Positions 35,201 through 45,200 of a stretch of 64,000 nt of DNA are shown here, piece after piece. The position numbers and the translations under genes were made by a program. The DNA is from Psilocybe cubensis. Its lineage: Eukaryota. A model generated the notes under the pieces. It was not told where the DNA came from and ran no database searches. It saw only the letters and a list, made by a program, of their open reading frames with translations. The stretch's first letter is position 1, and each line of letters opens with the position of its first letter. Location: positions 2,790,001 to 2,854,000 of the forward strand of contig CM039003.1 in the NCBI GenBank assembly GCA_017499595.2, written 5' to 3'.

Positions 35201-36094
35201 AGGCTTTCTGTCTGGTAGCCTATCAAAAGATTCCTTTGAAAAAACACCTTTAAACTGATGATAGTGCTTAGGAACAGTTTCTTCAAAGGTTTTCTTAGGG
35301 GAATCAGCTTGCTGATGAGACTCTTCTGCTAATCTTTGAGACATAGTAGAAGTAGCATTAATAGACTGCTTCTGAGGATGAAGGTATGAGATAAAAATTC
35401 TATCCTCAGGCTCAATCTCAGAATCAGAAGAATCTTCAATAGAATCATCTTCTTCTTCATCAAATTGAGGGAGTTTCCTCCTTTTGACTGCAGCTATTCT
35501 CTGCCTCTTTCTTCTGGCTCTTTTGGCTTCCATTTGGCAGTCAGAGGGACATCTAATAAACTGGACATCCCCTGTCTTCCAATCAACATCTGGATTATGG
35601 TGCCAAAGCCAAGTATGTCCAATGATAGCAGATTTGTCTCCCAAGTCACAAACAGCAAAGGTGGCCCTTTCTGTATGGTTTTTGTGTACCATAATTAAGT
35701 CTACTTCCTCATGGATAGAGCCACTCTTGTTGAGAGTACCATCAACATTATAGACTGGAATGGCTCTAGGAAGTTTCCTTGTGTTGAGATTATGATACTT
35801 CACAAAACCAGAATGCAGAAAGAGGCCAGTAGCTCCAGAATCAAGCAAAGCATCAACAGATAACCTTTTCTCTGTGTCCATTGTCTTTAAGATGACAGAC
35901 AAATGGGTAGAGGTTTTAGGATTATGGTTGAGGATGTAGATCTTTTCAGGGAAGGTAGAAAGAGAGGAAGAAGAAGACATGATTTCTGCACCAGAATCTG
36001 AAGACTGAGGATCAAGTCTGTCAATTTCATTTTCTAGTACATTAAATCTATTCCATTGGGACATGTCTTTCACCAATGGTGCTTCTAAAAATTT
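32207..36094 (-). CDS. pol: Pol polyprotein: aspartic protease, RT, RNase H, integrase, chromodomain (expressed by -1 frameshift)
   Basis: LLDSGAT (PR), YMDDILI (RT), EADSSDYA / WTDHKNL (RNase H), H..GHPG...CDRC and SVDFI / CDRGPQF / GQTERVNQ (IN), WEVEFI...YLVKWKNY...TWEP (chromodomain). Confidence 0.97.
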   Translation of the reverse strand, partial: KFLEAPLVKDMSQWNRFNVLENEIDRLDPQSSDSGAEIMSSSSSLSTFPEKIYILNHNPKTSTHLSVILKTMDTEKRLSVDALLDSGATGLFLHSGFVKYHNLNTRKLPRAIPVYNVDGTLNKSGSIHEEVDLIMVHKNHTERATFAVCDLGDKSAIIGHTWLWHHNPDVDWKTGDVQFIRCPSDCQMEAKRARRKRQRIAAVKRRKLPQFDEEEDDSIEDSSDSEIEPEDRIFISYLHPQKQSINATSTMSQRLAEESHQQADSPKKTFEETVPKHYHQFKGVFSKESFDRLPDRKPWDHAIELKPGSEPYRSKIYPLSPNEQKELDAFLEENLKSGRIRPSKSPMASPVFFVKKKDGSLRLVQDYRKLNEMTIKNSYPLPLISDIITKLSKAKYFTKLDVRWGFNNVRIKKGDEWKAAFRTNRGLFEPLVMFFGLTNSPATFQTMMNDIFIELIDGNVVIVYMDDILIFTETLDHHREVVKQVLQILEQNKLYLKAEKCEFEKEKIEYLGLIISQGRIEMDPVKVEGVSKWPEPENVKDVQSFLGFVNFYRRFIEDFADIAKPLHELTKKGTVWRWSLRQQEAFDQLKKKVTSSPVLIFPDDNKPYKVEADSSDYATGAVLSQEGSDGKWHPVAFMSKSLSEVERNYEIHDKEMLAIIRALDEWRHYLEGTQHSFEIWTDHKNLEYFMVAQKLSRRQARWSLFLSRFDFTLHHRPGKRSLKPDALSRRPDHKKGENDNQNVVLLKPSYFKIQALKQGHATITGAENDLLKKIREAKEMDEKVVKAVQELKKSSTKKIEGQEWSEEQGLILYRGKVYVPKDKDLRRKIVELHHDAFIAGHPGKWKTIELVSRNYWWPGMSHFIAAYTRGCDRCNRTKTFPAKPLGLLIPTEIPSDVWQCISVDFIMGLPECQGYNAIMVVVDRLSKMIHIIPTTDEVTSEGTARLYRDYIWKHHGLPIKILCDRGPQFVSRFMKELNSILGIQTASSTAYHPQTDGQTERVNQEIEQYLRLFINHRQDDWVEWLALAEFSYNNRVQASTRQTPFMLNNGRHPRMGTEPLRDSKMDTVDTFVKNMEEARKEAESALRKAADDMAKFYNRHRGTPTQYKVGDLVWLDGKDLKTDRPSKKLDDKRYGPYKITKVISPNAYELKLPSTMKIHPVFNVVKLLPYYPDIVGRKPPSRPPPVIQGENPEWEVEFIKDSRLFRNKLQYLVKWKNYPNEECTWEPAEHLKNASKAIKDFHAKHPSAPRRISAVTFDRLSFTPIINFTEPPPLLKPSKLTHPCAHCGKCALERG

Positions 36095-37194
36095 TTCTTT
36101 TCCTCATCTTTCTGCTCCTTGCCTTCCAAGATTAATTTCCCAAAGTAGTCAGCCAGTTCTTCATGGGTCATAGCATTGATGTTAACTGATGACCTGCAGT
36201 TTACAGCCTTATGACCAGGTTTTCTGCACTTGAAGCAAACAATTGGCCTAACTGACTTCCATCCAGAGTCAACCTCCATGGGAACTACATCTGGTTGCTT
36301 TGCCTGAGCACCAAAGGTCCTTGAGCTGCTGTTGGAAAAGACTGGAGGATTTGGAGTAGGCTTAGGAACAGCCTTGGGAGTTGGGGCTTTAAGGAAGGGA
36401 GAAGAAGAGGAGGAGGAAAGAGACTTGGTAAAGGCCTCACTCTGTCTCCACTGCCTATCTAGCCTAGTACTCCATTTAATCCATCCATCCAAGGTTTTGG
36501 GCATGTCAGGAACATAGTAGACTGCATTCCTAAGATTTTCATTAAGCCCAGCCTTGAATTGGTCTACCAAAGCAGCATCATTATACCCAGTATCTGAGAT
36601 CAGAGCCCTGAAGCTAGCAACATACTCATCAGCAGTCTGTCTGCCTTGCTTGAGCATGTGCATTTTATGCTTAGCTGTGTTGGAGGGGTCTGGATCTGCA
36701 AACACTTCCCTAAATTCATAAACAAAATCAGCCCAAAGACCTTCTTGGGACTGAGCATTGTCTATTACTTTAGTCTTCTCATATGCCCACTTCCCAGCAG
36801 TACCTCCTTTCATATGAGATAGAGCACAAATAACTTTCTGAAAGTCATCTGTAATCCCTTTCCCATAGAAATATAATTTAAGCTGACTGAGGAAGTTTTC
36901 TGCCTTCTCCATAGAACCATCAAATGGATCTGGAGGTGAGACTTTAATGGCAGAGTGTGAACAGGAAGGGGCAACATGAGGAGTAGGGAAAGAGTGAATA
37001 TCTAGAGCAGCAGGTGGTGGTGGTGGTGGTGGTGATGGTGACTGACTGACTGGTTGCTGAGGGTGTGGTGGAGTGGATAATGACTGCTGCTGCTGTCTAA
37101 GAAAATTCAACTCTTGGGTAAGGAGCTGGACCTGATGCATGAGCTCTTCCACAGAAGGAGTGGTGGGAGGCAATTGGGAGGGGTCCATGTCCAT
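36085..37194 (-). CDS. gag: Gag protein with CCHC zinc knuckle
   Basis: PDPFDG motif, LKQG, VVPMEVD, CFKCRKPGHKAVNC. Confidence 0.95.
   Translation of the reverse strand: MDMDPSQLPPTTPSVEELMHQVQLLTQELNFLRQQQQSLSTPPHPQQPVSQSPSPPPPPPPAALDIHSFPTPHVAPSCSHSAIKVSPPDPFDGSMEKAENFLSQLKLYFYGKGITDDFQKVICALSHMKGGTAGKWAYEKTKVIDNAQSQEGLWADFVYEFREVFADPDPSNTAKHKMHMLKQGRQTADEYVASFRALISDTGYNDAALVDQFKAGLNENLRNAVYYVPDMPKTLDGWIKWSTRLDRQWRQSEAFTKSLSSSSSSPFLKAPTPKAVPKPTPNPPVFSNSSSRTFGAQAKQPDVVPMEVDSGWKSVRPIVCFKCRKPGHKAVNCRSSVNINAMTHEELADYFGKLILEGKEQKDEEKKNF
36088..36094 (-). promoter_or_regulatory. -1 ribosomal frameshift slippery heptamer A-AAT-TTT
   Basis: X-XXY-YYZ heptamer directly before the gag TAG; the -1 frame is the pol frame. 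Confidence 0.8.
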
Positions 37195-37686
37195 GGGTAG
37201 GGGTAGGTAGGCTCTCTGATGTGTGTGTGGGAGAAGCTATCTACTGAAAGTGCCCTTGAAACTATACTAAGTATTCTAAAAAAAATATCTATCTACTGGA
37301 TACCCAGTTGTCACACCACTCAGGGCTCTAAACCTAGGATCACAGGGTTACTGGATATTTCCTAGACCACCAAAAACAGAACACTAGTAGGACTGTGTCT
37401 GCCCCAACAGTTGGTATCCCTATCTACTAAGTTCACACACAGCACACAACAGAGAGTAGGAAAGATGATGAGCCAAAGGTCTTGAGGAAAGGTCTTGAGG
37501 AAAGGTTTTGAGGAGGATGTTGAAGATTGGTGGAGATGTAGAGATTGGTAAGAAGATTGGTGAAGAGGTTGATGAAGAGGTTGGTGGGTTGGAAGTGGAG
37601 GAAGAAGGTTGAGGTGATGGTGTTGAAGAGGTTGAAGAGGTGAAGAGTTTGGTGTTGAAAGAGAGATGGTGGAGTTGTCTTGAGAG

Positions 37687-37697
37687 AGCTTCAATCT
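37687..37697 (-). other. Self-priming primer-binding site (AGATTGAAGCT)
   Basis: Lies 2 nt inside the 5' LTR boundary, lacks TGG, and is complementary to AGCTTCAATCT at 37874-37864 in the LTR. Confidence 0.75.
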
Positions 37698-37699
37698 TC

Positions 37700-38149
37700 T
37701 GTCAGGGCAACACTATAATCAGTGTGACAAGGCCACCAACAAAGATTAAGCAAGAAAGAGAAAGAGAGAGCAGAGGGAGAGTAAGAGAGCAAAGAGAGAA
37801 TAAGAGAGTGAGAGAGATTCAATGGTTCTAAGAGATCACACCAATGATAGTGGATATCCTAAGAGATTGAAGCTGAAGCTACAGCTACCTACAAGTCCAG
37901 TATTTATACTCTACAGCTATTCTAGAATATTCCCTACATTACATCATAAAGGAAGGTTAAAGAATAAAAGTGACATCATATAGAAAAAGGATGAGTAAGA
38001 CTAGGAATCATATAGAATTTACTAGAAAGAAGTGGAGCAAGAAGGCTGTGATGAAAGAAATAAACTATCTAATCAGATAATTGATAAGATAATGAAAGGA
38101 TAAGATAATTCTGTGAAGATAAAGAGGGGAAACTGGAGAAACCCTGACA
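37700..38149 (-). repeat. 5' LTR (TATAAATA at 37908-37901)
   Basis: 450-bp direct repeat of 31757-32206 with 8-bp terminal inverted repeats. Confidence 0.97.
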
Positions 38150-40378
38150 CACAAAGCAGCAGCAGCAGCACAGAACAGATAGATCCCATAGAGCTAACCA
38201 TCCATAGCAAAGCAATTCAAATCTCGAATCTCGAAATCTAACAAACAGGGAACGGGGAGATGCAAGTCGAATGAAAGACGAACCACACATGTTGCGCAAC
38301 CTCTCGCTTAGCGCCCGCTTGTCTCGTTCGCGTCTTTCCCCTTTCAAACATGGGCGTCACGTTTGCGTTTTCAACATACACACGAATGCGGATATACATG
38401 CCAGCAGAGAGAGGTACGGAATTGTATAAAAGGAGGGGTGAGAGCTGACCGGATTTCCTCATCCCCCTCTCCCATTCGCACTCTGCCTCCAGCTCCCTTG
38501 TCCGCTCTCTTCTCTCGACGCTTTTGGTGAGTTTGTACACCATTTCCCATTGTTCAGGACTGACGCAGTCGTACAGGGAAGGCTATGAGGTACCAAGGTA
38601 AGTACCTTGTCACTGGTGTACACACTATCACTCACCTAGGCCGATCAACGCGTCCAGAGCGTTCTCCCAGCAATAGCCCATCCGACTTGAAGGCACGGTA
38701 AGCGGATTGCATCCTGTTTGTTCAGAATTCCAGTGCTGACCTCTTTACTCCTGCGTCGTGATTGGATCCCCGTAGCCCCTCGAGAGTGGTCTTGCCGGGT
38801 GAGGTACTCGCAGGCTTGCGCAGTATACCAGCAGCTCCTAAAACGCGCCGTCGCTGCGATTTGACCGCCCAACAATGCCCCCGCGTTCCTTCATGCTGCC
38901 CCGCCTTGAAACACAAGCATGTCAAAGGCCATACAAAGTGTTAGTGTGCTCGACAACCCCATTTTGATGCTGTACTCACCAATGTCATCCATGCCCATAA
39001 AGTCACGCTAAACACATGTTGCCGACGCGTCCTGTAACCATCTCTGCGCATCCGCCAGTGTCCTGTCCCTGCCGTGCTTCCAGCCTCAAAATACGGCGCA
39101 CTGTTCCATGTTGAAGTGCTTACAGAGTGTGAGTAGCGCTGACAACCTTCTCTTGATGCCGTACTCACCGATGTGACCAGTGCACCCAGCATAATGCTGT
39201 AAACACCTGGCCGACGATCGATGGAGCGTGTGCAAGATCACACTCGACTGACGCTGAAAAAAGTGATTGGCCGTGACCTGGTTAGTGATTTTTAGCACAT
39301 TTTGATAAGATACTCACCGACCGCGGTTGCCTATATGCACAGAAAGTCGCTTTGTAGGATCCATGGCTGCACTTTTGCGTGCCGCCTTGAAGAGAACATG
39401 CTCATTTCACGTTGAAAGGGCTGAAGAAGGTTAGTGATAGGTTACCCTGATTGTGATGCGATACTTACCAGAACATGGAAGATTGCACGATGGCGGAGCT
39501 GTTGTGGGTGGTCAAGGTGGGATTGGGATGGTGAGCAAGGACAGCGGCTGGCGTGGGGTGGGATGAGGGTCAAGGACAGCTGCTGGAAGACGCGTCTCGT
39601 TGATGGCATTGACAGCGGTGTGGGGTTCTGATACTCAGATTGTAGGATCAACGTTGTGACGAATGCAAGGTCTACGGTGAGCAAAAAAAGCACAACTAGA
39701 AAACATGGTACTGACGCACCTTGTCAGCACATCCACCTTGTGACCCCCACAAGAACCGCCAACCCCTCTCAATGTCGAGCCCACACTTGATGTGGCGGAC
39801 GCAGAATGGCAAAGCAAAGACGGATGGAATGAGGACAGAGGGCGGGAGTATGAGAAAGGCACGAGTGAGTGGAGGGATACGTGCCAGCGAGGATGACTGT
39901 TGTGCACGCGATGGGAGGGACAAGGAGTATCAGTTTCTATAGCTTATTCATAGTTCACTAATACACGGCTTTGTCGGTCGCCTTGCAATCTTTGAGTTTG
40001 ATCTTTCCGCTCAGGGGCATTATCCGCCGCCTAAACTGACTTTACACGCTGTTTTCACACAAGTTGCAAGAACCGCTGCCTGACTAGGGCTCACCACCTT
40101 TGATAGTGCCAGAAGGGGTGTCACGGGGTCCTTCTCCCAGGAAAATTTGATCCACGATTCCATGTGCTCCCACTGCCAACAACAATGGAGATCAAGTTGC
40201 AGCATTGGACCATCTTATATTTGTACCCTCTCCGCTCCATGAAAGTTTGTGGGAAGGGGAACATTCGGACGCGCTTTGACTCATCCCTTTACGCGTCAAA
40301 AGCAGACGGAAATTCAACAACTTTTCACTAATCTTCAAGCAATCGACAACCAGAATTCTCGTATATCCGACTGCAATC

Positions 40379-42213
40379 ATGACCTCGATCTTTGTCAACC
40401 AGGCCGGAGACGGTGTTGGGGGTACACAACTTCAATTTTACGAGGCTGGCGACGCGTGAGTGTAGCAGATACTCTGTACGTATTGATAGAGTCTTTAACA
40501 TTCTCTAGCTTTTGGAAGGACCCACGATACATACCCTTGCTTCTATCCGGAATTTTCTCCTTCTCCCAGTTGACGCACGCTGTGTGCAGCCGCTTCAAGT
40601 ACGGAAGGAGACCAAACGAGGCAGCCGCGTCAACGGAGGAGCGTAGGGGATTTCTTGCAAGGTGGCGCTGGCACATTCATTTACATGGAGGATATGTAAT
40701 CTATGCGTATATGGTTGCTCGTTTGGTGGGTTCGGTCGCGTTACTGTATATTTTCTTTACTACCACCATTGCCGACTGCGAGAAGGCAACTGGGAACAAT
40801 GGGTGGACGTTTTCTCCGTTATGTGTTCAGACAGCTCTGACCATTGCACATGTAAGTCGTTAACAAGATCATCTCTCACTCCACGTTTTCTTATCCTGTC
40901 GTAGGCCTACGCGACCTTATTAGCCGTAACGACCTTCTCCCTGAATTTCAGGCCATTAGCTCCAGCTAGATTCCATGTCACCATTCTCTGTTCCATTCTT
41001 GCAATATACGCTTACCGCGATATCTGGCCCCTGGCAAACTATGGCTCAGTTCCAAAAGATCAAGCGGAAGGGAATATCCTCTGGGTTAAGATTGCGCTTC
41101 TTGTCGTCACAGGAGTGATCATTCCTTTGTTCATACCCCATCCATATGTTCCAGTGGACCCTAAGGTACGTTCCCATCAGATTTTGGCGCGTCAAGGTTC
41201 AAACTTCTTTTTAGAATCCTTCTCCTGTTCCCAACCCCGAGCAAACTGCTTCATGGATCTCAGCATTAACATATACATACGCGGACCCTATTATCATTTT
41301 GGCAAACAAGGTCGCTCATCTTCGACACGACCAGTTGCCACCGCTATCCGATTACGACTTTGCTCAGTATCTTTCGGAAAGCGCTGCCAAGGTATGGTCT
41401 TACCATTTGAACCCACATATTAGTTATGAATATGGCATAGTATGTCGACCCTTTCGCTGGAGCAAAACGTCGCCATTTGTTCTTTGGCTTGTTAAGCTTT
41501 TTCCATGAGTTTGAGGCAAATTTCTCCAAAACCTTTCAGTGAACTCTTATGCACGAACGTGAATAGGAAGAGAATATATAATTATATCTCTCAGTATTGT
41601 ATTTCACGGGTTAATGAGTTTTGTTGCCCCTATTGGCATCAACAAAACACTCAAGTAAGCGTCAAAAGTTTGATTGTTTTCATCGCTCTCATTATCTGTC
41701 AGCTATCTGGAAAACCGTCAATTCGGTACAGATTCTTCTGTAAAACCCTGGGTCTGGGTCTTATTCATGTTCGTCGGGCCCGTCGCGCAGTCTGGTTTTG
41801 AGCATTGGAATCTTTATATCCAAACCCAGGCTCGAGTGCGTCTGCAAGCAGTGTTGACTCAGCTCTTCTTTGAGCACAGTCTGCGCATCAGGATGAAAGC
41901 TGAAACTTCAAATGACGGTGTCGAATCCACACCGACGCCGTCCGAGGCAGGGGATAATCGCAGTGTCGTAGGTGGCGAGAGCATTGCATCGGGGCCAAAT
42001 CAAAGCCGCGAGGATGCTGAGAGTCAGATTACGCAGGCTTCGACTGCTGTCGGGACCACCAAAGCGTCGGCTTCTACTGTGCAAGATAACACGCCTGAGA
42101 GTTCTGGACAGGCAAAACCTCAAGCGGATGAAGGGCCCCCAGTGAAGAAGAGCTCCGGGGATGCCGAGAATCTTATCGGGAAGATTAACAATTTGGTGTC
42201 CACAAGCGCTTAA
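40379..42213 (+). pseudogene. 5' fragment of ABCC/MRP transporter gene (copy 1), truncated
   Basis: Same breakpoint as copy 0 (42197) and the same 12-bp deletion. Confidence 0.92.
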
Positions 42214-45200
42214 ATGCGCAGGTTTGTCTCGCTTGCTAGTTTTTCTGGCGAGTTTTGACTCGGTAGAGCGTGTTTAGATGATGAAATCTAATTATATCTC
42301 AAAAAAACAGCGTAGTCCATACAACACAACACCTTTCATTTATCGTACAAGCAGAGGTTAGCCCCGCCCGAAGGCCAAGCAGGGGCGTAACCGGTCTATC
42401 TACTGGTACAAAGACTTACCTCCAGGCTGTCATTCGTGATATCCTGTAACAAAATGTGAATCAACGCGCATGAACAAGGTAAAACACTCACAAGGTAGTG
42501 GGTGCTTCGTGGGAACGGGCTCGCGGTCTGCGCAGATGTTGGGGAAGTGGTCGGGTATTCCGTGCACGGGCCATGGACGCGTCGACACGTATACACAAGT
42601 CCTGGCCGTCAGCCCAGGCAATATCTGCGAGGCAACACCATGAGACCGTAAGCACGGCGGGTCGGGGGGCTTCTCTTGTGTCGCCAACAAGTCCCATGTA
42701 CTTTGCGTCATTGCAAAGTGGACTACGTGTCTCTCCTTCAACAAGGCTTCTCTTCTTGGAATGCCGCTGCAGCAGAGTGCACGGGCCGTCGACTTGCACT
42801 ACGTATCATCTGAAACTGCTGTTAGCATCCACTACATTTAATGTAAGAATATAATACGTACTTTTTAGACAAATTCTCTACCACCGGACGGCGATCTCTC
42901 AAACAACCTGCCCATGCCGCCGGATTTCCATATGTTGTGTCGTCGTCCTGGCGTCGAGTTCTGTGTCTAACGCCTAACCCTTGGATCGACAGTGGTATGG
43001 AGTCCGTACAAGGGACGTTCACAACTTCGTGATGTGGGACAAGGTGGGCGGCTCCTGGACTGGGTGATGACACAGAGCGACCACAGGACTTTGACAAGTC
43101 GCGTCGATACGTGTTCGCTGGTCGGGGGACGTCGATACATAGCGTCAGGCCGACGCATGAGTCCTGCTTGCCATCGAGTGACACTCTTCATCCCATCAAG
43201 GCGCCGACGTGTCAGGGCAAGGGTATCACATCACAACACAAACGCGTATGCAGCTCGATGAATGTCGATAACGAGCACAGATTCCGGCCGCCGAATTTTG
43301 ATACGTTGCGTCAGAGCCAAATGGGACGCGTGCGCGGGTTGGGGGACGTCGATACATAGCGTCAGGCCGACGCATGAGTCCTGCTTGCCATGGGATCGTG
43401 GATTGACATTCTTCATCCCATTACAGCAGCGACAGAGACCCCAGCCGCCAGATTTCGACACATTGCGTCAGGGAAAGACGAGGGGGTATGGTGTCACGGA
43501 AACAACGCGCATGCAGCTCGATGGATGTCGATAACGTGCACAAATCCCGGACGCCGGATTTCGATACGTTACGTCAGAGCAAAATGGGATGCGTGCGCGG
43601 GTCGGGGGACGTCAACACATAGTGTCACGGATGAATCCCGACGTATATGTGAGTTTGAGCAGGTCGGGGGACGTCGATACATAGCGTCAGCGACATATAT
43701 GTGAATAGTCGGGAGGCGATAGGCCAGTCCAATGGTTTTTCTTGTTCAAGAACGCGGAACCCTGGTCGGCGGACGTCGATATGTTGCGTCAGGACATGTA
43801 TCGCGGGGAATACGAGGTAATTCCACTAGAAAGCATCAAATAGCATACGGTCAGGGGTGTTAGGTGAAAAAAAGACTTGAAGCATACCTGAGGTTCATAG
43901 AGTCAATCTTCTTCAACATATTATGACCGATTTTTGTGCAAGAAACTATGATAAAGTCAGGATATAATTGAGCAACAGGTAGACATAAACGTACCAGAGA
44001 CTTATTAGACTCTGCGGAACCGCAAAAATGCGCGCTCGGCCTTAATCCCAGTCGCAGAACTTGGAATGACATGAGGAGAGTCTGTGGATAGGTCAGGAAG
44101 GTGGGAGAAAAGCGAGAGGGAGGACTTACAGAGGCGGGATGAGTTCGAATGAAAAGCAAAAGTATGAAGATGGTCGAGTCCTGGATTCGTTTTTCAGCTC
44201 TTTGTTTGGCAAGGTCACGACGTGCAAACATACCAAACAGGACACAAGTTATCGTTGTCGGACTTGCAGCTTGCGGATGGCCACAAAGACGCCCAGCATA
44301 ACGGGCATTATCTGAACAAAGGTATGTTCCTTTACTCCTCCTTATATACCTTTTCTCTGCCAAGTAATTACATGATTTGTTAGCTTTTGTTGACGCGTCG
44401 AGCTCGCGCGTTTCATTCAACAATCATTGTTGATTCAAGGTACACATTCGGTGGTTATGGAGGTATGTTGTATTCTACTCCGGCTGAGCACATATTTCCG
44501 TGACGTTATCGGGTACAGTGCAGCCTAATCTGTTTGCAAAGTTTATGCCAAATCCTCATCCTCAATCCTCCTCCCTGAACATCCGTATTTCCTCCATGTT
44601 TCAGAAGTTTCCATCCAAATCCCAGATCCCAATATCGAGTCCAAGTCATCCTTCCTGCAGCAGAAATCTCTTGGAGGTATGCTCCATTTTTTTTTTTCAT
44701 TAACTCCGGGAACAAATCAAGGCAACCAGTACCTCAAGTCCAATTGGTCGACTGATGACTTCCTTACAACGGGTTTCTTAACAGGTCTGTCCTTTCACCT
44801 CTACTCAGGCCGTGTTGTGCGCTCAGCAAATAGTGTATTCACAGGTCAATATCTACTCTTTATGTGCTTAAGACCCTCCATCCCATCGGATACAAATACC
44901 TTCAAGAAAATCCAGCTTGAACTGGTGAGCAGCGCTATTGAATCAGGGTCGTTACATATATGTATTCTAATTTTTGATAGGTTTGCCGATTCCCCAAGCG
45001 AGCTTCCGAAATCGTCACCCTGACCCCAGCTTTTTTCATCCACTGCCACGTCTCTCCCTCCCCCCTCACAATGTTCCACGCGTTCCATCTCATTGTCTTC
45101 AAGCCATACCAGGTCAGCTCCTGTATTTTAAAGACCGGAAGCTACTCATCATCTTTGTCACAGCCACAGAAACATGGTCGCGTTGGACAGTCTACGCAGG

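Larger units (their letters stand above)
31757..38149 (-). mobile_element. Intact Ty3/Gypsy chromovirus LTR retrotransposon (6,393 bp)
   Basis: Two 450-bp LTRs (TGTCAGGG...CCCTGACA). CACAA TSD at 31752-31756 and 38150-38154. Empty sites at 21222 and 48707. Open gag and pol. Confidence 0.98.
25243..42197. repeat. Segmental-repeat copy 1 (10,557 bp plus 6,398-bp LTR insertion including TSD)
   Basis: Constant offsets of 16,955 (25441 to 42396) and 10,557 (41674 to 52231). Identical junction aatttggt|gtccacaag at 25242/25243 and 42197/42198. Confidence 0.97.

Noticed and set aside
37362-37694. 110-aa ORF in the retrotransposon leader
   Set aside because: Low-complexity 5' UTR with a non-ATG start and no domain signal.
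31757-38149. RIP as the cause of the CpG loss
   Set aside because: The ORFs are uninterrupted, the LTRs look identical and CpA/TpG are abundant, which fits long-term lineage-level purging rather than post-insertion mutation.
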